64,000 bases of DNA, from the NCBI GenBank assembly GCA_002269645.1, contig NIVC01001554.1, forward strand, positions 62,001 through 126,000. Reading direction: 5' to 3'. The DNA comes from Macrostomum lignano (Eukaryota). Made by a program: the position numbers and the translations under genes. Of the stretch, positions 44,575 through 55,900 are shown one piece after another. Under the pieces are notes generated by a model. That model ran no database searches and had not been told where the DNA came from. It worked only from the letters and a program-made list of their open reading frames with translations. Numbering within the stretch: the first letter of the stretch is position 1; each line of letters opens with the position of its first letter.

Positions 44575-45855
44575 GTCATAAAGCTATTCTCCGTGGGTCA
44601 TAGAGCTATCCTCCGTGGGTCATAGAGCTATCCTCCGTGGGTCATAGAGCTATCCTCCGTGGGTCATAGAGCTATCCTCCGTGGGTCATAGAGCTATCCT
44701 CCGTGGGTCATAGAGCTATCCTCCGTGGGTCTTAGAGCTATCCTCCGTGGGTCATAGAGCTATCCTCCGTGGGTCATAGAGCTATCCTCCGTAGGTCATA
44801 GAGCTATCCTCCGTGGGTCATAGAGCTATCCTCCGTGGGTCATAGAGCTATCTTCCGTGGGTCATAGAGCTATCCTCCGTGGGTCATAGAGCTATCCTCC
44901 GTGGGTCATAGAGCTAGCCTCAGTAGGTCATAGAGCTATCCTCCGTGGGTCATAGAGCTATCTTCCGTGGGTCATAGAGCTATCCTCCGTGGGTCATAGA
45001 GCTATCCTCCGTGGGTCATAGAGCTATCCTCCGTGGGTCATAGAGCTATCCTCCGTGGGTCATAGAGCTATCCTCCGTAGGTCATAGAGCTATCCTCCGT
45101 AGGTCATAGAGCTATCCTCCGTGGGTCATAGAGCTATCCTCCGTGGGTCATAGAGCTATCCTCCGTAGGTCATAGAGCTATCCTCCGTGGGTCATAGAGC
45201 TATCCTCCGTGGGTCATAGAGCTATCCTCCGTGGGTCATAGAGCTATCTTCCTTGGGTCATAGAGCTATCCTCCGTGGGTCATAGAGCTATCCTCCGTGG
45301 GTCATAGAGCTAGCCTCAGTAGGTCATAGAGCTATCTTCCGTGGGTCATAGAGCTATCCTCCGTGGGTCATAGAGCTATCTTCCGTGGGTCATAGAGCTA
45401 TCCTCCGTGGGTCATAGAGCTATCCTCCGTGGGTCATAGAGCTATCCTCCGTGGGTCATAGAGCTATCCTCCGTGGGTCATAGAGCTATCCTCCGTGGGT
45501 CATAGAGCTATCCTCCGTAGGTCATAGAGCTATCCTCCGTGGGTCATAGAGCTATCCTCCGTGGGTCATAGAGCTATCTTCCGTGGGTCATAGAGCTATC
45601 CTCCGTGGGTCATAGAACTATCCTCCGTGGGTCATAGAGCTATCTTCCGTGGGTCATAGAGCTAGCCTCATTAGGTCATAGAGCTATCCTCCGTGGGTCA
45701 TAGAGCTAGCCTCAGTAGGTCATAGAGCTATCCCCCGTGGGTCATAGAGCTATCCTCCGTGGGTCATAGAGCTATCCTCCGTGGGTCATAGAGCTATCCT
45801 CCGTGGGTAATAGAGCTATCCTCCGTGGGTCATAGAGCTAGCCTCAGTAGGTCAT
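44575..45855. repeat. 22-bp intergenic minisatellite (~58 copies)
   Basis: Unit GGGTCATAGAGCTATCCTCCGT. Confidence 0.97.
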
Positions 45856-46357
45856 TCGGTATCATTTAATATTATCCAGGCAAATCAAGGCTGATTTCCC
45901 CGATTAAAAGTACTAAAACAAGATAGAAAAACACTGGTGCAGTTTTTGGTTTAGCAAGTTGCAGTCATTGCACTGCAGGATTATTATTTAACTAATACGA
46001 AGAAATAATTTAAAAACAACGAATTGCATTATACATTAGACATTTAAAAAGCCAGACGGACACTTAACTACAAGTAACTAGTTAGATTTTACAATATTTT
46101 TTAAAGTTCTTAAAACTGCAGCAATCGCTGTAGAAGACCTATTAAATTAACATCTTCATCCTGTTTTACCGACTCCAGACTGCCTCAGGGCTCGAAATTA
46201 AGTACTTAGTACTGAAGATTGCAGAATAACTTGAAAAACCAAATCCAGTGCGTGTGCATAGCGAGCAAGAGAGAAAAAGGTCACCCTAGGTCCCAGCCAC
46301 GAGCCAGGCCGATAAACAGTTTAGCTTTCCTCTTGCCCGTGTGTGTCTGACTTTGAC

Positions 46358-46545
46358 CTCTCTCCTTACTGCGCTCTCATTGGCTGAGCCAGATTGGGCC
46401 TGGCCCCAAGGCCGAGTTTCGTCCTTTGATCTCTCTCCTTACTGCTCTCTCATTGGCTGAGCCAGATTGCGCCTGGCCCCAAGGTCGAGTTTCATGCTTT
46501 GATCTCTCTCCTTACTGCTCTCTCATTGACTGAGCCAGATTGGGC
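46358..46545. repeat. 73-bp tandem repeat, ~2.7 copies, each with a CCAAT-like word
   Basis: TCTCCTTACT recurs at 46361, 46434 and 46507; units contain CATTGGCTGAGCCAGATTG. Confidence 0.85.
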
Positions 46546-46965
46546 CTCCGCCTCCTAAGCTGAGTTTAATCTATCTTGCGTTCACTTGTGCACATCGAGT
46601 TAACTGCTTGTTCTTTCTTAAACCCATATGCTCCTGAGGCCGCAAACCCTGAGAAAGGAAAGGAAATTTTAGCTGACACATTAAATATTGGTAACAATGC
46701 GCAGACAACTACTTATAAAAGAGTAGACGCTATGCTTTTTTAAAAACTTTAATTGCGAGCGACATATCTAGCAATTCCAGTATCTGTGCTATTAAGCAAT
46801 AAAAACTGTTATTTAAAAAAAATTATAACCCCACTTAAAAACATTTGAAGCTAGTTTGTCTTTGATAACTTTTTCAATGATAAATTTTAAAAAATTAGTT
46901 TACTAGCTATTTAAACAGCTGACGCTATTTCTTCATCTAGATTAGCTCGTATATCAGTTATACCA

Positions 46966-49900
46966 TTAATCAGCATTGGCTTCGCCTTCCGTTTTGCTGT
47001 CTGCCGCGGCGGCGGTGGCGATGGCGGCCCCGGTGTCGGTCTTGGCCGCTGTGCCGTCTCCGTTCTCGGAGGCCTTGCCAGCGGCAGAGGCGGCGGCCGT
47101 CTCGCCCCGGCTGTCCCGCTTCTGCCGCTTGTGCGACCTCGAGTCGCGCCTGCCGTCGCCGGCCTCGTCTTCGCTGTCGCTGAGCTCGTTGTCGCCGGAG
47201 ACGCGCTTGTCTGAGGAGCGGATGCTCACCCGCTGCTCGTCCCGCTTGCCGCGGTCCTGCTCCGCCTCCTCCTGGGCGACGTCCTCGTCAACCGCCATGC
47301 CGTCTTCGGGGATGTCTGGCGGCGTTGGGGAATGGAAACTACTGATTGCAAATGCTCAACTTGCTACTTATTAGTAGCAATATGAAATTATTCAAAGTAA
47401 AATTTAAAATATCAATAGGATTTTAGTGCAACAAATCTCATACTTGCTACTCGTTAGTAGCAATATGCAACTCTAAAGTAAAAACAGGAGAAATCAACCA
47501 CAGGGATAGCTGGCATTCCTTTCACTATAACCCCATATGGAATTCTACTGATGGAGATTCCAATGGCTGGGATTTTATGGCAGGGGATTCTACTTAATTC
47601 ACAGTGTATATCAAATCAAGAGTTTATCTTCTTTATGCACCCCCATCCCAAATTAAAAAGCCATTAGCAAAGAACTGCAGGCAGCGCCAGACACGCACCC
47701 TGCATCTGCACCCCAGGCGAGTTCGGCAGCATTCGCAGATTCTCCAGCAGCCGAGTTTTGATCTTCTCCAGGTACTCGGGCGTGTTCTGGTTGGACATGT
47801 TCGACGGCTGAATGTGCAGCTTGAAGTCCGGCCCGAAGTACTCAAAGTAGTCATTGTAGGGCAGCTCGTTTGGAATCTCCTGGCCCAGGGCGATGGCCGT
47901 CTCGTAGGTCCAGCAGCGGGCCACGTTTCTAGGAATTGGGAATGATTTTGGGATCAGCTGGTCACGTTTCTAGGAATTGGGGGCGATTTTGGGATCAGCT
48001 GGTCACGTTTCTAGGAATTGGGGGCGATTTTGGGATCAGCTGGTCACGTTTCTAGAAATTGGGGAAGATTTTGGAATCAGCTGGTCACGTTTCTAGGAAT
48101 TGGGGGCGATTTGGGGATCAGCTAGTCACGTTTCTAAGAATTGGAGGGATTTTGGGATCAGCTGGTCACGTTTCTAGGAATTGGGGGCGATTTGGGGATC
48201 AGCTGGTGACGTTTCTAAGAATTGGAGGGATTTTGGGATCAGCTGGTCACGTTTCTAGGAATTGGGGAAGATTTTGGAATCAGCTGGTCACGTTTCTAGG
48301 AATTGGGGAAGATTTTGGGATTAGCTGGTGACGTTTCTAGGAATTGGGGGCAATTTTGGGATCAGCTGGTCACGGCAACCAGCGTCCCATATTAATCATC
48401 AAGAAGCATTCCAGATTCCCAGATGAGGCACCCTCATGAAACACCCAGAATCCCAGATTAAGGATGCAGAATAGCAGATGAAGCACCCAGAATCCTAAAT
48501 AAGCACCCAGAATCGTAGATAAGCCCCCCCCCAGCATCCCAGATGAGGCTCCAGCATCCCAGAGGAGGCACCCAACATCCCAGATGAGGCAACCAGCTCA
48601 CCTGATGGTGTAGCCGCCGCCACCCAGCAACAGCAGGGGGGTGTCGAACTTCTTCATGAACTGGACGCAGCGGCCGTGGCCCTTCAGCGACAGGTTGAAG
48701 CAGCCAAGGCGGTCCCCAGCCAGAGAGTCGGCACCGCACTGCAGAACGGTGGCGGAGGGCCTGTAGTGCTCCATGACCTTGGTGATGACGGGGGCAAAGA
48801 TCTGCTCAAATGCCTCATCGTCAATGCCGTCCCTCAGCGGAAAGTTCACAGCGTAGTGCTTGCCCCGGCCGGCCCCGATGTCCTTGAGGTCGCCGGTGCC
48901 GGGAAAGTACTCGCCGTACTTGTGAAACGAGACGGTCATGACGCGGTCGGTGGTGTAGAAGGCCTCCTCGACGCCGTCTCCGTGGTGGATGTCGATGTCG
49001 ACGTACAGAACCCGCTGGTGGTACTTGAGCAGCTCCAGGATTGCCAACACGATGTCGTTGACGTAGCAGAAGCCGGACGCCTCGGACTTCTTGGCGTGGT
49101 GAAGGCCGCCGCCCCAGTTGATGGCAATGTCGGTGGCGCCCTTGTTCAGCTTGACGGCGCCGGCGATGGAGCCGCCCGTGCTGAGCTGGCAGAACTCGTA
49201 CAGGCCGTCGAACACGGGGCAGTCCTCGCCGACGTTGAAACGCTGCATCTGCTTGTTGAACTCGTGCATGTTGTCCGGCCGGATGGAGCGCAGGAACTTG
49301 ATGTAGTCGTCGCTATGGAAACGCGTCATCTCTTCGGCTGTGGCCTTGTGCGGCCGGTAGATCTCCATCTTGCGGTACAGGCCATAGTTGAGCAGCAGGT
49401 TGTGCGTCATCCTGATGCGGTGCGGCTTCATGGGGTGGCCCTGGCCATAGTAGTAGTTGCCGATGTCGCCTGGGCAAGTCAATGGAAGCTGTTATATGCT
49501 ATATTAAATCTTTATACAAATGGGGTTAATAGGGTGACTAGGGTCGGGGAAAATTATAGAGATCAGAGCATATTGGTTGACACAGGGTTTGCCTTTTGTG
49601 AGTGTGACTGTGAATGCTAAAAACACTCAATAACTATTATTTTATACTATGTGACATGTATTGGTTTCCCGACAGACATTCAGACAGACATTCAGAAATC
49701 GTTCAGTAAATGTTTAACAAAATTGTCTATTTATTACGCAAGATACTGTGAATTTATAGAAACTTTTACGCATGTCTCTGCTTTAAAAAGACACCTCAGA
49801 CACACACAAAGACGCTTCACAAGCTGAGATATTCCCTAGCAACTGTTGTTACGACGTTTCCCAATATACCGAATACTGTATATAGTAGTTTTTTGAGAAG

Positions 49901-52900
49901 CCGCTACATCGTCCCACTTTGGTCTTTCTGCATGAAATTTGCACAGCTGTTTTACGCATGTCTCTGCTTTAAAAAGACACCTCAGACACACACAAAGACG
50001 CTTCACAAGCTGAGATATTCCCTAGCAACTGTTGTTACGACGTTTCCCAATATACCGAATACTGTATATAGTAGTTTTTTGAGAAGCCGCTACATTGTCC
50101 CACTTTGGTCTTTCTGCATGAAATTTGCACAGCTGTTTTACGCATGTCTCTGCTTTAAAAAGACACCTCAGACACACACAAAGACGCTTCACAAGCTGAG
50201 ATATTCCCTAGCAACTGTTGTTACGACGTTTCCCAATATACCGAATACTGTATATAGTAGTTTTTTGAGAAGCCACTACATCGTCCCACTTTGGTCTTTC
50301 TGCATGAAATTTGCACAGCTGTTTTACGCATGTCTCTGCTTTAAAAAGACACCTCAGACACACACAAAGACGCTTCACAAGCTGAGATATTCCCTAGCAA
50401 CTGTTGTTACGACGTTTCCCAATATACCGAATACTGTATATAGTAGTTTTTTGAGAAGCCGCTACATCGTCCCACTTTGGTCTTTCTGCATGAAATTTGC
50501 ACAGCTGTTTTACGCATGTCTCTGCTTTAAAAAGACACCTCAGACACACACAAAGACGCTTCACAAGCTGAGATATTCCCTAGCAACTGTTGTTACGACG
50601 TTTCCCAATATACCGAATACTGTATATAGTAGTTTTTTGAGAAGCCGCTACATCGTCCCACTTTGGTCTTTCTGCATGAAATTTGCACAGCTGTTTTACG
50701 CATGTCTCTGCTTTAAAAAGACACCTCAGACACACACAAAGACGCTTCACAAGCTGAGATATTCCCTAGCAACTGTTGTTACGACGTTTCCCAATATACC
50801 GAATACTGTATATAGTAGTTTTTTGAGAAGCCGCTACATCGTCCCACTTTGGTCTTTCTGCATGAAATTTGCACAGCTGTTTTACGCATGTCTCTGCTTT
50901 AAAAAGACACCTCAGACACACACAAAGACGCTTCACAAGCTGAGATATTCCCTAGCAACTGTTGTTACGACGTTTCCCAATATACCGAATACTGTATATA
51001 GTAGTTTTTTGAGAAGCCGCTACATCGTCCCACTTTGGTCTTTCTGCATGAAATTTGCACAGCTGTTTTACGCATGTCTCTGCTTTAAAAAGACACCTCA
51101 GACACACACAAAGACGCTTCACAAGCTGAGATATTCCCTAGCAACGGTTGCCTGAAGGCATGCTCATATCTAACTTGCATTTGGACACCGGCATGGAATG
51201 TACGTTATACTTGTATTTGCCTTCTTCCGATCTGAAGCACTTTACTTTAGGCAGATCTATCAGCAATATTAACACTGTACAGGAGGCAGTTTTTCTTTAT
51301 GTACATTCGTTGTCATTTTGCCATGTACATTACGCAAGAGGCCTATTGAAGAATTAATTATAAAAAATTTTAGACAGTGAAGAAAATTCTGGTCCCGATG
51401 CTTACGCAAAGCCATTTTTGGCTTTTGGCTGTGTTCTTCGACGATCTCACAGTGCACTATCTGGACTCCATACGTCGGAGTGACAGAAGAAAGCAACTGG
51501 CATTGAACTATACTGCCAAATTGAAGTAGGTAAAATGTACACGAGAAGGGGGGCTTTGAAATTTGCAAGGCATATTAACTGAACTTACGTGCCATTTTCT
51601 AATGCACGCGAAGGCGTATTCAGCATGCCAGTGAAGTATGAGACAGACTAGGCCCATGGGCTAAGGTCTGCGATGCTTCACGCCTGCCCCTATCTTCAGC
51701 AGGTCAAGGCTGGTGGGAGGTCTGCACCCTCTATTTGCCTCTGGCAGCCGCAGACCCCCCCCCCACGCTGTCTCGCAAGTCGACCCAGGGTACTCGTCCC
51801 CGCGTGTGTTCAAGGCAGTCCCTAGGGCTGCTGGACAGACTGGGCTCCGGCGCTGGCGACCCTATCCAGTGGCTTCGGCCGAATTTGGGTATGCGGGTCT
51901 GGCTCGCCAACCTGCAGGCCGTGGTACTGCTCAACGTACTCTCTAATGCCTAAGGTGTTGACCGTGCCGATGGGCTGGAAGGCCGGGGAGTAGTCCGGTC
52001 GCAAGCGGTCCCCCTCCTGGTGTCGGGCCAGCCTTGAGGGTGCTATTGGCCTACTGCCCGGTCAGGTGGAGCGGCCGGGTGGGTACCGCGCCCCTTTGAG
52101 GGTAGCCCACCAACCTTTTATCATGGCCTTCGAGCCGTCTATGGATAATCAAGCTAACTCTAGGGACGGGGACCCTTCTAAACCCCAACCTCAGTCCGAA
52201 GGACCGGCCGGCCCTGCTGGCAGATCCCAACCGACTGATTCAACTGTGGCAAAGGAAGGACCGGCTGGCTCTGCTGGCAGATCCGACCAGAGCTACCAAA
52301 CTCAAAATACCCAAAGACCTGCCAGCTCCGCTGGTGGATCTAAGGGAACCGCGAGCTCTGAGCCTAAAGGACCGGCCAAATCTGGCAGATCCGATGAAGC
52401 TCAGCGGGCTCGGCTTGAGCGCAAACGCGCTAAACAACGCGCCAAAAGGCAGGCCAAGAAGGGAGCTGCGGGGGCCAAAGCGGCGGCGTCCACCATGGAT
52501 GCTGAAGCGACTGGAGTCCCAAGGCAACCAGGCGGGCCGGCCGGTGGAAGCTCCAGTAGTTCAGCGGCGGCGCTCCCTGGAGCTGCTGCCGCGGCTGCTG
52601 AGGCCGAAACCACGGCGCAACAAATGGCCACTGCCAACAAGGAGGTTCCTTCGGGAGCTACCTTTGCGGCGAAGGCCAAGGCCAAAATCCCGGGAGTGAT
52701 CATCCAAGGTCGCGACCAGGACTGGACCACTGATCAGCTTCAAAAAGTGTGGAGTGCTGTTGACTCCTATCTGATTGAGCTGACTGTCGAGGAGGGAATC
52801 TCCATCGGCATTGAGCGGATGGTGCTGCGAAGCACATTCGTTCTTATTGCTCCTAGCAGCGAGGAGGACGCTCGGCGGCTGCTCCAGCGGCTACCGACGG

Positions 52901-55900
52901 TCTCCTTGGATGCTGACCTTGGCGGAGCTCTTTTTCTTCGCGAGGGCCAGCGTCCAAAGACGATACCCTATGTGGTTTTCGTCCCTGCTAAGAGCACCGC
53001 AGCTGGACCAGACGTTATTCGCCGGGTCCTACTGCGTCTGAACCCCGACCTCCCTGCTAGTGGACTGGTGTATCACCGTAAAGTCCGCAGGGGGGAGACG
53101 GGCAACTCAATTGTCCTCGGCCTTTCCAGCACTTGGGCGAGTCGGTACCCTAATGGATCCTCTTTCCAGCTGGGTGCCCTCAAGCTCAAGATGCGCCGAG
53201 GAAAGTCTGCCAAAGGGAAGGCTACTGCCAACCCCGGCATCTCCGGCAAGAGCGGGGCGCAGTCTAAGGCCCAAGGAAAGGCGCAAGCCGATCCCAAAGC
53301 CAAAGCTGCATCTCGCCCCTCTGCTAGCAGCAGTTCGGCGACCGCGGTAACGGCTCCGGCCAAGCCCCGGGAACCAAACCTGCCAGTCGGAGAAGGAGTT
53401 GAGGACGAGGCCGGGTCTTCGGAATCCGAGCTCTCCTCGGCCACCTTGGTGGGGTCTGAAGGTAAAGATGCAGGTGAGGAAGCTTCCTCCATCCTGTCAT
53501 CGGAGCCTGAGGACTCTGCTGGGGGGGCCGGTGGGGGTGAGGAGGCCATGGACGTCGACCAACTCCCATCTCCCAGTCAAGCCCCAGCGGCCTGGGACGA
53601 GGACGATCTGTTGTCCAAGTCTCCTTGATGGCCCTGGGCTCTAGCCAGAAATTGCATTTAATACAGTATGACTAAGCTCCACGCTGCCAAAGGAGCGACA
53701 TTCTGTCTGCAAATTAATTTACAGCATTGCGTATCTGCGTCAGTAAATCTGATGAAGATTGCTGAGCTGTACAGGCCAGGCCTCATCCTGATCCAGGAAC
53801 CCTGGATGCGCAACGGTAAGTTGCCCAACATTCCCTCTGGCTACTCTGATTTTTATGTGTGTGGCCCGGGGAACAGCCGCCCTAGAGCGGCTATCCTCGC
53901 TGCTAGCCATCTCCAGGCTTGGCTGAGGACTGATCTCTCTGATGGAGACCTTTGTGTCATCCAATCTAATCATTTCTCTCCGCGTACGTGTCTTGTTGCC
54001 TCGGTTTATATCCCAGGCGACAGAGACCCTGCTCCTGAGAGTTTACTGCGCCTCGCGCAGTACTGCGAGTCCCAGAACGCTGAGCTGTGCTTAGGGGGCG
54101 ACCTCAACGCGCACCACAAGCACTGGGGCAGCAAAGATACCAACACTAGAGGAGAGGAGCTTCTGGCCCTCATCTCTAACACAAACCTCATGCTCTGCAA
54201 CCGCGGCAGCACTCCTACCTTTAATAATGGCAGATGGACCGAGGTCCTCGACGCCACACTCGTTACCCCAAGACTCTTTGACAGAGTTGAGGAGTGGAGA
54301 GTCTGGTCTGAGGAGCCCTCCCTGTCTGACCACTGCTTTATCGCCTTTAATATCGCGGACACTAAAACCCAGTCTCCGATCACTTGGAGACGCAAATCCG
54401 CAACACTGATTGGGCGGCCTACAAGGCTGCCCTTGATCTGCACCTGCAGGAACTCACGGACTTACGTCCGATTGAGACCTGCGAGGATGTGGATCATATG
54501 GCTGAGACGCTGACAGGTTGCATTATTGAAGCCTACGAAGCGGCTTGTCCTGCTCGCGCCTACAAAGGCAAGACCTCGGCGCCGTGGTGGAACCCGGAGC
54601 TGGGGAAACTCAGGCGGAAGGCCAAAAGCCTTCATCGCCGTGCCATGAAGACCGGAAACCCGGAGGACATGGAGCTTTTCCGGCAAGCCTCCCGCAATTT
54701 CAAATCTGAAGTGCGCAAGGCCAAGGAATGTAAGTGGCGCCAATTCTGCAATGAATTGGATCAAGACAGACCTACTTCTAGGCTTGTCAAGGCCCTTACA
54801 ATGGACAAAATGTCCAAATTAGCCATGATCAAAAAAGATGATGGCTCTCTTACTAAAGACCCTGAAGAAGTGCTTCAGCATATGCTTAGCACATTCTTCC
54901 CGAGGGTACCTACTGCTAGACCGGAGCCCAACCATTCGATGGATGGAGCCACCCTAGCGGCGGGCATTGTCACTGAAGACCTAATCGCTCGTGCGGTCAG
55001 AACCTTCAAACCCTTCAAATCTCCTGGACCTGATGGTATCTACCCTGTTCTCCTTCGTGAAGCAGCCAAGATACCCTCGTTCCTGAGACTCACCCGCAAT
55101 CTCATGCGGGCCTCTATCCAGCTGGGATACGTTCCCAAATGCTGGACTGAAGCTCGGGTAGTCTTTATTCCCAAACCTGGGAAGGGTGACTACCAAAGCG
55201 TCAAGGCCTTCCGGCCTATTAGCTTAACGTCAGCAATGCTTAAGCTCACTGAGAGGCTTATTCTCTGGCGGCTGCTGTCCTGCGAGCTGACAGCGATGCC
55301 CCTCAGCAATAATCAGCACGCCTTCCGCACCGGGAGGTCGACTGACAGCGCCCTGCATGCGATTGTCGAGAAGATTGAAAGGGCGGTACTGGGTGACGGT
55401 TACGCTCTGGCTCTCTTTCTTGACATTGTTGGCGCCTTCGACAACGTTATCTTTGAAGCGTTTCAGAGGGCCCTTCAAAATCGCAAAGCTCATGCTACCC
55501 TCATACGGTGGATCATGTACATGATCTCCAACCGTACGGTCACTGCCCAACTTCTTGGGCAAACTGCCTCCACCAGAGTCTGTAAGGGTGGACCCCAAGG
55601 CGGAGTCCTCACCCCGACGCTCTGGAACCTGGTCATGGACGCTCTTTTGAGTGACTCCCGACCCGACCCCGTCTTCAAAGTCGGGTATGCTGATGACGTC
55701 ACGGCCATTGTGGCAGGACCGTCTCCCAGCACGCTCAGGGATCTGATGCAGAGCTTTATCCGCAAAGCAGAATCCTGGGCCAATGACAATGGTCTGGAAC
55801 TCTCTGAGCCCAAAACCGTTGCCATTATGTTTACCAGCAGACTACGCTGGAACATACGTCCTCTGCAGCTCTACGGCAGAGATATTGCCTTCGCGCACCA

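Noticed and set aside
48676-49620. 314-aa ORF antisense to HDAC exon 2 (and similar antisense ORFs over DDX46 and the LINE)
   Set aside because: Shadow ORFs caused by GC-rich codon bias on the coding strand.
49893-51155. 420-aa ORF (and its 361-aa mirror at 58410-59495) made of 62-aa repeats
   Set aside because: By-product of a stop-free 186-bp unit in the foldback arms; no ATG context or domain, and the mirror is broken by a 1-nt deletion near 59490.
51269-51568. Possible transposase remnant in the foldback interior
   Set aside because: 99-aa ORF without recognisable DDE, THAP or BED motifs; not enough evidence to call.
51870-51892. Alternative ribozyme 3' end (GGC-TTCG-GCC GAA TTTGGGT)
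   Set aside because: It gives a canonical CGAA but competes with P3 for the G run and needs a much longer P4. The proximal P4/J4-2 was preferred, but this remains the fallback to test if C51836U is still active.
54384-54400. Programmed -1 ribosomal frameshift in LINE ORF2
   Set aside because: No X XXY YYZ slippery heptamer at the junction; a single-base loss in an A run is simpler.
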